Source: Octopus sinensis (Eukaryota). From it: 64,000 nucleotides of DNA. The stretch covers positions 70,866,001 through 70,930,000 of the forward strand of contig NC_043008.1 in assembly GCF_006345805.1 (NCBI RefSeq). The letters run 5' to 3'. Below the pieces are notes generated by a model. The model did not search any database, was not told the origin of the DNA, and saw only the letters and a list, made by a program, of their open reading frames with translations. A program made the position numbers and the translations under genes. This document shows positions 40,827-55,336 of the stretch, one piece after another (position 1 is the stretch's first letter; each line of letters begins with the position of its first letter).

Positions 40827-42089
40827 TTGCATTCTTATTTGTCTTCACCACAAATATCTTTTAGACCAGCTTCCTTATTTTGCCAATTTAATAGTTCGTG
40901 ATTTTATGAATTACTACGAAAACATTGGTGCTTTTATACTTTTGCTACGTGAGTGGTTGATGGAATGAGATCATATTTCTGGAGGTACCTTGTCAGTCGA
41001 AGATCTTTGAGATACCCAGTTTGATCGGATGCCTCACACAAAAACCCCATAGTACTAGCAGTAGATCCACTGCATATTGACGTCAGCTGACTTGGAGCAT
41101 GTTTGGTTCGCGTTCATCACACTTCTATAGCGTAATCAGTTCTAACCTAGAGTACCCGAATAGTCAAATTAATGGTTGAAAAGCCAGCTGAAGAAAGCTG
41201 ACTGAAGATACAGAAGACAAACGAACTCAGCACTAAAAGCTTTCTGGAAGATAACTTTGATATCTAGCGGCACGAAACCTTCGCATGTCGAACATGCTAC
41301 AATCGGCTCGAAATGTGTTGGTCTCACTATTAGAAGCTGCCTGAACATATGAAGGAGAATGCACTCACAAACTACCAGATGTAGTGAGAAGAAATATATA
41401 TAGTATACATACATAACCATATATATATATATATATATAATATATATATATATAAATATATATCTGTGTGTTTGTGTGTGTGTGTGTGATTGTATATGTA
41501 TATATATATATATATAATGCGTGTGCATATATGCTTATATGTATATTTATATGCATTTACATTTGGAAAATCATATATACATAGATTTACAAATATACGA
41601 GCGGTGCTCCAGCGTGGCCGCAATTAAATGACTGAAACAAGTAAAAGGATAAAAGAATATATGCATACATATATACAGGGGAAGAGAAGGAGGAGGAGAA
41701 AGAGATGCAGATTGGCACGGCTGTTAGAGTACTGTATAAACTGCAGTACCTTGTAGGTATTTGTTATGAGTCGCTTGTCTATGGGTTCAAATCCTCTGAA
41801 AATAACAACGTCCAATGAAGTCAACAAATGCCATTGCTCTACTGTGATCGATTCCTCACCAAGTATCGTATTGTGATTCAACGGTGTTGTTTTCTATCTC
41901 CCTCATTCGTATTGAGAACTACATTACGAACGGATGAATGAATCTGGGGACATTTGCTCGGTAAAAGTTAAATTCATGGAAAGAAAGTAACTTGGTCGAA
42001 TAAAGTAATGGTACTATGGTATATTTACGAACATATACAAATATATACAGCCACATACACCAGCGTGTGTGTGCGTGCGTTTGTGTGTG

Positions 42090-42445
42090 GGCACGAAGAG
42101 TAGTAGTCTAGTGATTAGGCAGTTTGATTTCCGACTATAACGTCATGGGATCAACACGAGGAAAGGATGCGCAATATACCCGGGAGCATTACACATTATT
42201 TCTCATTGCTTCCCTCTGTTCAGCTGTAAATGAATGCAACTCTCGCTGGTGCTGCTCTCTCTCCTTGTAGTTGTCACATTCCGAATGTGCCACTGGGGCA
42301 AAGGGTGGAGAGTCAAGAGAGTTGGGGTTTATGTCTGTTTGAGAATACATAGTAAACCAAAACAATTAGCGGAAGCGTGGTGCATATTTCGAAACCATAC
42401 ATGTCCGCGGAAAGCGACTGGCTTAAGGTAAAGCAATGCATATAT
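42090..42445 (+). mobile_element. Decayed tRNA-derived SINE (Nin-domain-like core)
   Basis: tagtctagtgattagg head; ..ttatttctcattgct..ttcagctgtaaatgaat core. Confidence 0.45.
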
Positions 42446-43052
42446 CTAAAAAGGAAACGAAAATGAGCTAAAAGAAATAACTCGAGGTTGACAGTGACAT
42501 ATATGTTAATAACAAAGACAAATAAGTATACAATACATAAAACTATTATAGAGAGAGTAGAGCAATCACTTGATTGCTATCGTTACGGTCCTAGATAAAA
42601 AGGTTAAATAATCTAAGGAATCACTCACTACGTATTTGATATGTCACTTAAGAAAATCAATAGCCTTATTGTCTGAAGACAACAACACAGAGATAGACAT
42701 ATGTTTCTGCCTCAATAATCCTCGTTAGCACAGAAACTGTACTACCGTATTTTCAGGAGGCGAGTAACTTAGTCATATATAGAAAATAGTAGAACATATA
42801 TATTGTCTCGGTACTTTGCATAAATGTAACGCAAATGATCCAAGACAAATAAATAAGGGTGGCCAGTGACGCATATTCATATATGTATTAAACATTTATA
42901 CATGTATGCACATTCACACACATACACACTCACAGACATACATTCCCTCACACACACACACATCTGTATGTATGTCTGTGTCTATTCGCGTTTCTGGATA
43001 CGAACAAATATATAATATGTGTAAATAATATATAATATATGACATATATATA

Positions 43053-43109
<57 letters not shown>

Positions 43110-43181
43110 ATATATATGCCTATATATACATGCTTATATGTATGTGTTTATATATACATACATGCATATATGCATACATAC

Positions 43182-43240
<59 letters not shown>

Positions 43241-43243
<3 letters not shown>

Positions 43244-43642
43244 TCTTACTCTCTTTTACTCTTTTACTTGTTTCAGTCATTTGACTGCGGCCATGCTGGA
43301 GCACCGCCTTTAGTCGAGCAAATCGACCCCGGGACTTATTCTTTGTAAGCCCAGTACTTATTCTATCGGTCTCTTTTGCCGACGGGGACGTAAACACACC
43401 AGCATCGGTTGTCAAGCAATGCTAGAGGGACAAACACAGACACACAAACACACACACATACATATATATATACATACATACGACAGGCTTCTTTCAGTTT
43501 CCGTCTACCAAATCCACTCACAAGGCTTTAGTCGGGTCGAGGCTATAGTAGAAGACACTGCCCAAGATGCCACGCAGTGGGACTGAACCTGCAACCATGT
43601 AGTTCATAAGCAAGCTACTTACCACACAGCCACTCCTGCGCC
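43241..43642 (-). mobile_element. SINE family A, full length, embedded in (TA)n
   Basis: Close match to 1177-1570; (TA)n on both sides. Confidence 0.93.
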
Positions 43643-43647
43643 TATAT

Positions 43648-43730
<83 letters not shown>

Positions 43731-44180
43731 GCATGTATATACAGAAAAAGAAGATAGAGAAAGGTAGGAAGAGAGAAAGAGAGAAAGGTGAAATATAGAG
43801 TCAGAAGAGAGGGAAAATACGCGTCAATTTCACTAGAAATAACAGATATGGGAAATAAATATTGATTTGATAAATTTGAATCAAGTACACTATAATATCT
43901 ATTGAAATACAATGCGATATAATGATGTAAAGCATTAAGATAGTGAATAATTAGAGTGTACATGTGTGTGTGTATGAGTGTGTGTATTTGTGTTTGTGTG
44001 TGTGTACGTGTGTGTGTGTGCGTGTGTGTGTATCACGGTGGCGCCGTGCTAGATTAAAGACTTTCCTTTGGACTTCAAGGTCGCAGAAGTAAATGTTGTG
44101 ATGTTAGTTGATGTTAAGAAACTAGTAAAATTATTAAAGAATATATGTGTATATATGTATATGTACGCATGTTTGTATGC

Positions 44181-44223
<43 letters not shown>

Positions 44224-45120
44224 AATATATACAATACACACACTCACTCACGCACACACACATGTACGTACTTACGTACATACATAGACGCGTGCATACA
44301 CAGATAAATGCATAAAGGAAAGAATAGTGAGTTTATGTAAATGCATGTATGCTTGTATCTCTCTCTCTCTCTCTGTATGTATGTACAAATATACTATACA
44401 CACACATACATACACACTTACACACACACATGCACACACATTTACACACTAACTCATATATTCATATGTAAATGTATGCATCCATGCATACGTACGTGCA
44501 CACACGTATATATACAAAGAGAAAGGAGGAGAGAAATGAGAGTGGGAGATACATACAAAGGGTAAGAATCGAGGTGATTACGGTGGCAGGTAGGAGGGAA
44601 CTTCGGATTTGGAAGGAAGAAACACAGAAGAAAAGAAGGAAAGAAATGAAGAAGAAAAGAAAAGAAAAGAAAAGAAACGGAGAAAATATTCATGGAAGGA
44701 GGAGATGTTCAGACGGTATTTCGGAAATAGATTAACTGAATAGTTTAGTAGAGATGAAAGTGGGAGAATGATGTCAGATAGAGGAGAGAGTAGGAGTGTT
44801 TAGAGGGAAATAGGTAGTGGGAGGCATAAGAAATATAGAGAGCGGGTGACAGATTGTACAGAGGAATAGTGTGAGAGAGAAAGAGAGAATGAGAGAGGGG
44901 AGAGATAGAGATAGAGATGAAATGAAAGAGTGGTCGAAGAAAGGTTGCGGAGTGAAATAGCTAGTCCACTCTCACACGTATGTGTACACTCTATCTATAT
45001 TACGAATATTGACACCTATACACTTTCACACATACATTGCAGGTATATACAAATGCGATAACTATTACATACACATACGCGCACACACATACACAGGCAC
45101 AGACACAAACACACATATAC

Positions 45121-45188
<68 letters not shown>

Positions 45189-45292
45189 ATCTGTGCGTGT
45201 GCATGCGTGTGTATGCATACATACATATATGTGGTGTATATGAATGGATATGTATTCATATGTATATATATACACACATACACGTATATATG

Positions 45293-45338
<46 letters not shown>

Positions 45339-45561
45339 TCCTAATTTCTTACACTTTATACAAGCATTCATTCATTCTTACTGATATCCCAAAATTCCAG
45401 AATACATATATGTATACATATCCATACATTCACGCACACGTAACATATGCGCACTCTAGCACACGTACACGCCCCACGCGCATTCACACACATGCATTCA
45501 CGCACACAATAACAGTTCACGTATTTAGTCACACATACAATAATTTACATTAAGTTACATA

Positions 45562-45929
45562 AGCGCACGATTGTCTGTGTGATTATAAGCTTGCTTCGCA
45601 ACCACATGATTCTGGGTTCGGTCCCACTGCATGGCACCTTTGGCAAGTGTCATCTGCTATAGCCTCGGGCCGACCAAACCCTTGTGAGTGGATTTGAGAG
45701 ACAACATATATATATATTTGTGTTTGTGTGTCTGTGTTTACCCCACCATTGCCTGATGACCGATGCTGGTGTGTTTCTGTCCCCGTCACTTAGCCGTTCG
45801 GCAAAAGGGACCGATAGAATAAGTAGTAGCTTACAAAGAATAAGTCCAGGGGTCGATTCGTTCGACTAAAGGCGGCACTCCAGCATGGCCGCAGTCAAAT
45901 GACTAACAAATAGAAGAATATAAAAGAGA
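45562..45929 (+). mobile_element. SINE family A
   Basis: gggttcggtcccactgc.tggcacctttggcaagtgtc..agcctcgggccgacc..ccagcatggccgcagtcaaatgact. Confidence 0.9.
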
Positions 45930-46383
45930 ACATACATTTACGCATATAAACATAAGCACATATGTGATAACACCCATCTTCTATTATTTACACACACGTA
46001 AATGTTATCACATATCAAAAATTACACATACATGTACATCCACTTAAATACAGAAACACACACACACACAAACAATACACACATACGCACACACACACAT
46101 TCATGCGCACACATATATACAACACTCACACTCGGTACAATGAAACACAGAATGATATCCACATATTAATATATCCTGATATGATGTTATGATATACATA
46201 ATACACACAAGTATATATAATAGGTACGCATACTGAATAATCTCCACATGTATAAATATCTGCACTCGCACACACACACATACATATACATATACGCACA
46301 TGCATACTCAGAACTATGCGTGCATTTGTATAGGAGCATATGCATTTAAATGTGTATACATACATACATAAATACATATACAT

Positions 46384-46438
<55 letters not shown>

Positions 46439-46564
46439 CACACATGGTTTATAAGCTTTGGATTATTGTGAAGTGGACGAAAACAAAGAGTGCTGAAAAC
46501 AACAGATGATGTGTATGACACTGTTTTATTGCTTGCATATATACATATAAACATACTTGCATAC

Positions 46565-46602
<38 letters not shown>

Positions 46603-48431
46603 ATATATATATGTACATGCACACAAATATATATATGTATATATGTGTGTGTGTTTGTGTGTTTGTATATATGTATCCTACATATATATTATGTAAGGTC
46701 TATGGCGACATAGTTGAATAATGCAAAAGTGAGTCTGAATATTTCTAATATTTTCCACATCAGAAATAATCGCGGTTTTAAAATATAGTGACAAGGGAAC
46801 AGGGTTTGGCTTGCATTATTCTGTGGTCGACTAAGCTCTGGCGTTAGGTAAACCATGACATTAACTAAATATATCAAACGTGAATCTATATAAATTGACA
46901 CAGTACATTTATTGGAATCTCAAACTTGACTTCTAGTTACTCTGAGTTTTGCACTTCCAATTCTCAAGCCATTAAGCTAAATGGAATGAAAATAAATTGG
47001 CATCTACTGTACATGTCGAAATATGGTCACATATTCTGGCTGATTTTGAGTTCTTGCGTAGGTAGTCAGTTGGATCTCATTCGTTAACAAAACTGATAAT
47101 CTGAATACAAAGAAATACAATTTGGAAATATGGGGAACAGAGATTAAAGAAGGAATTGAATGAGTGAAATGATCCATGGGTTTATATATCAAACGAATAT
47201 ATGTGTGTATAGAATATCGTGTATTAGTATAAAAATATGAATCAAAAGGCTGAAAAATGAATGAATTGTGCACGCAAAATAACATTAGAAAATCTATGCT
47301 TTACAGAGGGGGTATTTTGTTGAAATGAAAGTGGGGTCTATAAATAAAGGTAAATGGGTGAGGGAAAACTATTGCCACCAGCGAAACCGTTCAAAATATT
47401 AGCTATTTGGAGAGTTACAACTGGATAATGGTATTTGATACATATTCACAAGCTGACTAAATCTCAAATCTTATATTTACAACTTCAGAAATCAGGGAAA
47501 AAAAGCACAAAAAGACAAATGTTTCATTGTTTCATTTCCCATAATACACAATTATCAACTCAGATTTGATAAAAGAATTGCCGACCAATGTCAGCGCAAT
47601 GTCTTACACAGATAATTTTGAACATATCCAGCCGTGTCTTATACATGTGGTACAGTTGTATTTGATGTTAAATTAACGCATTTCATATTTAAAACAAAAA
47701 CAGGCCTTAAAATAATATTCAGCTCAATTTTTACAGAAATTTATATTAGGATTTTTGGCTAAGCGTAATGACTTCAGTAGTCAGTTACAATCAATCGAGG
47801 AATAAACACAATCAATACAGTTATGAGTAGGTGAAAAAGGTTAATTTTGTGTAGCCTGAAGTTCTTTAGTATTATGATTATGCATTAATCATGCATTTAT
47901 GTATAAAAAATACAAAGGTATCCGTACATAATCATATGAGTCAGTCGTACTTGAAATCCCATCTTATGTATTCTACAAATCTACATGTTAAGGTAGGGTA
48001 ACTGAGGAACGATAGCGAGGATCGACTAATTCACATTTAATGCTATCGAGTGATTCGGAGCCCAGAAAGTAAATGTTCCATGCTTGTTTCATTTGATAAA
48101 TTTAGTCCCTTATTTCCGACCATATTGTAGACCTACTTCTTTTGTTGCTACACATCGGTTTTTCGACATGCCTGTTGTGGGTGCATGAGTATGTGGAGTG
48201 TGTGTGTTTGCATATGTTTTGCGGGTCATGCCCAAGCATATTTATAGTGTTGTGTAGCCAGGGTTACAAACGGACAACCGTTTCGTTAACTTCAATCTGT
48301 CTCCTAGTCAACCAAATACGTCCACTAACGTATATATTATTCATGAAGGAAAAGGTTGCATCCAACGCTATCGAGAACCTTGGAGTTGTGAATACAAGTG
48401 TTTCATGCTTGTGCTGTTTATTCTCTCCCCC

Positions 48432-48465
<34 letters not shown>

Positions 48466-48496
48466 GTATATATATATATTATCTATTGTCTCTATC

Positions 48497-48866
48497 ATTA
48501 GACTGCGGCCATGCTGAAGCACCTCCTTGAAGAATTTTAGTGGAACCAATTTACTCCAGAACTTCAATTCTTAAGCCTGGTACTTATTCTGTAGGTTTCT
48601 TTGGCTGAACTGTTATGTTATACTGACGTAAACACTGGAGCACCAGTTTTCCAGTGGTGGTAAGAGACAAAAACGCCCCCCCACACACACACAAGGACAT
48701 ACACACACATACAAAGAGATAGACACGCACATGGAACGGCTGCTTTTAGCTTCAGTTTCATGAATAGACACGCAAGGCTTTGGTCGTCTCAGAACTATAG
48801 TAGACGATACTCGACCAAGTTGCCACGCAGTATGACTGAAACAGGAATCATGTGGTTGCAAAGCAA
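48497..48866 (-). mobile_element. SINE family A, decayed. Further 3' fragments at 41597-41657 (+) and 53503-53555 (+)
   Basis: gactgcggccatgctg..tggtacttattct..caaggctttggtcg..gccacgcagt..atcatgtggttg. Confidence 0.82.
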
Positions 48867-48900
48867 AGAAAAAGATATAGATTGATAGATATTTAGATAG

Positions 48901-48955
<55 letters not shown>

Positions 48956-49819
48956 TATATAGATAGATAGATAGATAGACAGATAGATAGACAAATAGAT
49001 AGACAGACAAAGAGACAGGCAGAGAGATAGACAGATTGATAGATATATATTGAATGATGTATAGGTATATGTGTATGTGTGTCTGTGCGTGTGTGTGTAC
49101 AATATGGGCATGATGTAGATACAAACATCATTTAGTCCCACGTGGTACTATAGTAACCTAATAGGTTTTGCTTTAAATTAGTTATCTATATATCTCTTCT
49201 ATGTATCTGAGGCCTCTATATATTTTGCGTTTCCATATTCCTCAGTGCATGCTACTTCTAAATCCCCTCTCAGTGTCTTTGTAAACTATTCAATTCCAGA
49301 ACGGTACCCACTGGAATTCCTTCTATTTTCGTTATCGTTGTTTAGCTACAGGCGAGATCTTTGAGTCTTTGAGAGCAAATCGGCAAATATAGGTTTTCTA
49401 AGCATGACTATACTCTCTTATATTTAGTCATCGTCTACCGAGAAATTTATTATTTAGCGTAACATTCAATTTTTGCTACTGTAGAGTGAGATTCGTGGAA
49501 AATTTCTGTGTTGTTTCTAGCAGATCTAATGACCACGTACAAGTTTATCACATGGGATATTCTATAGAAGTTCAAATAGAAGATCAAATACATCGAACTT
49601 TCCAGTCTGGGAGGTTCGAAAAGGTCACGGACTCACCCTTCCCTTCTCATCTGATCATTTAATGAAATATGAGTTCATGTACGTTTGTATGTAAACAGGG
49701 ATATGTGTGTATGTGTGTGCGTACGAGTATGTACGATTGTATATTTGTTCCACTAATTGACTAAACTGTATAAATAGAGTTGTCTCATATTTGTAGTGTT
49801 CATACGTAAATACATACAC

Positions 49820-49850
<31 letters not shown>

Positions 49851-49876
49851 CATATAATATATAATATATATATATT

Positions 49877-49945
<69 letters not shown>

Positions 49946-50032
49946 TGTATATATTATATGTGTATGTATATACACATATGCACATACACATATAACATAT
50001 ATATGTGTATATATATATATGTATATCTGTAT

Positions 50033-50105
<73 letters not shown>

Positions 50106-50457
50106 TATACATATATATGTGTATAATGTATAAATATGTAAATTATATAATATATATATATATATATATATAATATATATAACATATGTATAAATTCATA
50201 CGTAAATGTATGCACAGAGTTACACATACACACGCGCACTAAAGGAGAAAAAGAGAAAGGCATACATGATAATACACTTATATTGGTATATCAATACATA
50301 ATTAGATTCACACACATATACGCATACGTAAATACATACAAACACAGACACATAAATACACACATATATAATGCAGAATGAAGTACAGTCATTCTGTATT
50401 GTATTGTATATGTGGAAGTATAGCAGGCGTGACATTAATTTTATGTCCTCTTCATCT

Positions 50458-50557
50458 CTGTGTAGTGAAGTATGCTATAGTGTGTAGTCAAGTATACAAT
50501 AGTGTGTAGTCAAGTAAACGATAGTGTGTAGTGAACTATAGTACAGTGTGTAGTCAG
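50458..50557. repeat. 22-bp minisatellite, ~4.5 copies
   Basis: gtgtgtagt(c/g)aa... units start at 50458, 50480, 50502, 50524 and 50546. Confidence 0.9.
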
Positions 50558-51289
50558 CTGTGCTAAGTAGAAAATTACATAAAGATGGTTGAGTCCGTCA
50601 CTGAAAATTCTAATTTGAAGAAACTAAAATATTCTGATTAAATAAACAAACATTACTCATTGGAACCACTTTAGAACGGACTTTTATCTTGAATACGTAA
50701 AAATGTATATAGTAAGCACAGATCTTTCGCCAGTTTCGACGATGAGTATTGAATAGTATTATCAACTGGTAAAGTCATGTACTTATCAACCTTTCTTGTA
50801 TATTCTGTAGAAACCTGTACATTTAGCATATATCATTGGCTTGATAAGGTTTATACAGTATGTACAGATGGCTAGAAATTTAAATCAAACTTACATTTTC
50901 AAAAGTTTCGTCTACATAGTATCACTAACGAGGCTTAGGGTCATCGAGACTACAAACCAACTTACCCAAGCAGATATACTGCAGAATCGAGAACACCATT
51001 TAATTATAGCGAAGCAAACAACTTCAACATTCAGTCATATATATGCATCTCTATCTCAATTTGTATACATACATATATATGCACATATACACATATATAC
51101 AAATACATACATGCATACACACATATACACACATATACGCACATATACATAGCATCAGTGATGATATTGATTTTTTCTGCCGCTTCTATTATCCAATACA
51201 GATGTAAACATCTCCCTATAATTTTCAACATAAATAGCCTTTACACAGATGTAACATAGACATACGCTGCTGTAAAATAGCAGGTGAAA

Positions 51290-51440
51290 TACTTTTTCAC
51301 TCGAGCACTTGGTAAAATTTCGTGCAACAGCACTTATTCTATTTAAACTTATAATTGTTTTTATCCAGCTACGTAGAACAGCCATGGGATAGAAATTTGC
51401 CCCTACTTATGCATCCCTAGTTATGCAGTTCTTGTAATTC
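51290..51440 (+). mobile_element. Penelope-like RT remnant
   Basis: FIQLRRTAMG*KFAPTYASLVM matches the PLE motif Y.Q..GTAMG...APTYANL.M. Confidence 0.6.
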
Positions 51441-52269
51441 ACATTTCATGATTATTGAAAGCGGAACCAATTAAAAGCCGACAAGTTTTACGGCAACACT
51501 GATACACAGCACTACCTAACCAATCAATTCATTGCATCCAAACAACACAGAAAGAACTATACTGTACTGTCTAGTTTGGAAATAAAAGCTGAAGAAGAAG
51601 AAACAAATATGTACTATAATGGAAAGGCTCATAACCAACCCCAAAATACCCACTACTCCATGTAAATCATGGAATCGAAACATCTTGACAAATATCAATA
51701 CAATTCCATACAAGAGAAAATAAAATTGCCGAAAACGATAATATGCTCTTTGTTTATATCATTATCCATGCAATGAATGAAGATATTTTTAAGGTAAAAT
51801 GATCTATTACGACGCTTTTCTCCTGAAAATTGTTACTTCAAAACATGAAAGAGGAAGTGTCTTGTGAATACATATTCAAAATGATGAAAGAATTTTTACA
51901 AGGTACTTTTAAATATAATGAGTCAATTCATGAGTGCGAATAAGAACAGCAGTGACAGTTCACTTGCAATAAACTCGGGCATTTACAACTACCAACCACA
52001 CATCCTTCATTATAAAATATTGTTATATAATAGATGTAGAATTTTACAGTAAACCACGATGCAAATATTACACAATAACAGGTCGTATAAGGTGTGTGCA
52101 TGTGTGTATGTGTATATATGTATGTACTCTCACATATACATACATATATATATATATATATATACATACATACAGGGCAAAAGTCACTCACGGAAACAAG
52201 TGATATTTTATCCATATTACGTTATAATGATAATAATAATGATGATGATGATGATAATTCTGATTGTTA

Positions 52270-52786
52270 TTGTTATTATTATACATTTTGTTCATCATGT
52301 ACAAGTATTTTAGTAATTTTTTAAAAAATTGAGGGTTGCCTTTCATAATTCCGGAACGTATTGAACTTATTTTGTGCGCGATATTTGCCCCACACTGTGT
52401 ATATGTATATATATATATATATAACAGTCACACACACATAGATAGTTTGATATGTAGATAGGTGATATTGAACAATACAATTTTCTAACGCAAATACATG
52501 GGATTATGTATTCCGAAAGGGTGAATGTCTCTGTTGACCACATATACGCACGTGCGCGCAGCGCGCAAGAGCTTATACTGCCATAGTTTATGTAAGAATA
52601 CATATACATACATGTAGACATACACACATATACATATGGCTTTATTGTTATTATTATATATTTGGTTCATCATGTAAAAGTACGAGTGTATTCATCATTA
52701 TTTTATTCAATTTTAGAAAAATTGAGGGATGCCTTTTGTAATTCCGGAGCTTATTTTGTGCGTGATACTTGGCCTACATTGTGTAC

Positions 52787-52790
<4 letters not shown>
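52270..52790. repeat. Two ~130-bp direct copies of a MITE-like end (52270-52400 and 52645-52790)
   Basis: Shared ttcatcatgta, aaaaattgaggg.tgccttt..taattccgga and cttattttgtgcg.gata..tg.cc.aca.tgtgta. Confidence 0.7.
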
Positions 52791-52823
<33 letters not shown>

Positions 52824-53806
52824 TGGAAACGTGTGTGTGCATATGTGTATTTATTGCGAATGGGAGTGGCAAGTACTTCGAGAGTTTGAGGATGCGACAC
52901 AAGACTAGAACTTACTATCAACAAAGTGCATATGCTGATGTGTTGTTGATAAAAGGAGAGGAATGAGAGCACATATGTGGGGTAGAACTTGTGATTAAAT
53001 CCATGCTAGTCAGCCGAACGAGGCTTTTCTCGATGAGGAGATGTGTGCGCGTGCGCACGTGCGTTCGTATGTGTGCGTGCGAGTATCTGTGCATGTGTAT
53101 ATAATACAACAGTTGCGCAGTCACAGTAATTGGTTGTGAGTTCCGGTGAGATTTCTAAAGAGCTTGTTTGTACAGACAATTCCCAGGTCATTGATGGGGA
53201 AGACAGATTCAGACTTTAAAAGAAATTACGAACGGCAATAAGTGTTCATTTGCAATAATCTCAGGCATTCATATCTACATGCCGCTAGTCATTCATTATT
53301 AGCTATTGTGATCTAAAAAATGTAGGTATGAGTTACTTGTTTAAGAGTTCAGGTGTGAGTGCGCTAGCCTACTGAAAACTACTAAGTGATACTTCAATTT
53401 AATGTTTGTTTAGGTATTTAATTTCACACAAATATAGACGTGTAGATGAATACATGTATGCATACATACATATACATGCATATACATACATATATATATA
53501 AATCGGTGCCCCAGTATGGCTGCTGTCAAATGATTGAAATAAATAAAAGATAAAAGATACATGCACACATACATACTCATATATATGCATACATATAAAG
53601 GCGCCAGCTATACAAATGAGACACCGGAAATCATTGGATTCGTCCAATGTATGAATGTGATAGAAACCCAAAAAGCTTCTTGATAAACACGTAACAATTG
53701 AAAAACTTGCTGTAACAAATGAGTAAACACTTCCACTTCAATAAGTAAGCGGATCATTACTCTGAAGTTATGTAATTTGGTAGATAGATTCTGCCAGTTC
53801 ACCACT

Positions 53807-53807
<1 letters not shown>

Positions 53808-53867
<60 letters not shown>

Positions 53868-53876
53868 TGATGATGA

Positions 53877-53924
<48 letters not shown>

Positions 53925-53958
53925 AATAATAATAATATTAATGATAATAATAATAATG

Positions 53959-54035
<77 letters not shown>

Positions 54036-54156
54036 TGAGTTTGGTTTAATGGCCTACCAATGTATACTATGAGTTTCTTTGCCCTAGGAGTCGGGAAGAC
54101 ACTCGGCAAGAAATGGAAGCAAATTTGAAAGAAGAAAAAAAAAGTAATAATAATAA

Positions 54157-54205
<49 letters not shown>

Positions 54206-54250
54206 TAATAATAATAATAATAATAATGATGATGATGATGATTATTATTA
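53808..54250. repeat. (TAA)n/(TGA)n array interrupted by a ~100-bp retroelement 3' fragment (54033-54134)
   Basis: Directly visible; insert homologous to 9615-9712. Confidence 0.85.
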
Positions 54251-55028
54251 TAAGTCCAGCCGAAATTACATGCAGTTAAGACGTGCAGGTAAAACGCAGA
54301 TAACACACATAATGGGATTAAGCGTTATTACGAATAATCCATACCTACTTCTATAATTTCATTCTTGACAAGAGATTGAATTAATCGGGGACATGTACTA
54401 TATTGTTAATTATAATAGCAATTTGAAATTATAACAATATTAGTCTTTATCCATTATTGTTTATTCTGACCACTTAATTACTTTTACTCACATGTTAACC
54501 GTTCCATGATGTAAATAATTTAATATTGATAAATTAATTACAGTTTTTCACCATTAGAGCGATTGTGAAATATTTATGGTTTAATCAAAACACTTATTGA
54601 TATGACAACAGACATACAATAATACACATGTAAATACGACATATTTTTATAGCCAATTCCGTACGCTGGCAGTTATGTTTTGCCTAATGGTGTAAGAAAG
54701 AGAGAGAAACATAACTAGCGTTGTATTTCTTTTTTGGTGAAAACATGATAATTAATTTCAGACATTGACTAATATTTATTTTTTCCTTTGTATTTTTCCA
54801 TATCAGGAGTACAGAAACGCGTCTAACTCAGATTTAATGAAAATTAAAAACTAAGGACACACTAATGACAAATTCCTAAGCTTGGAAGATAGCAGAAAAC
54901 CGCCCCTAGCAAGATAACCCAGATTTAACTTGAAGGACCATAAACCCTTTTTTTGCAAGTAAACCCTCTGTAGGGCGAATCTGTCTTTCTAAGTTTGTAA
55001 TTAGAGAGCAAAATATAGATAGATTTAT

Positions 55029-55336
55029 ATATATGTTTGTTCCTTCTCGAGCTATGCCTGGCTCATAAGGGCCGGTTTCCCTGTTTCCTTGGCGTATAGG
55101 TTCCCCACCTGGACGGGACGCCGGTCCGTCGAAGGTGAGCTGCAAGATGCAGGAAGATAGAGTGAGAGAAAGCTGTGGCGAAAGAGTCAGCAGAAGTTCG
55201 CTATTGCCTTCTGCAGGAGACGCGTGGAGCTTAGGTGTTTCGCTCATAAACACACACATCGCCCGGTCTGTGATTCGAACCCGCGATCCCTCGACCGCGA
55301 GTCCGCTGCTCTAACCACTAGGCCATGTGCCTCCAC
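55029..55336 (-). mobile_element. tRNA-derived SINE family C, intact, with 12-bp TSD
   Basis: A-box TGGCCTAGTGG, B-box GGTTCGAATC; TSD agatagatttat at 55017-55028 and 55337-55348. Confidence 0.93.

Noticed and set aside
55260-55336. tRNA gene on the minus strand
   Set aside because: A/B boxes are present, but the acceptor stem does not close and the sequence continues into a TSD-flanked SINE body.
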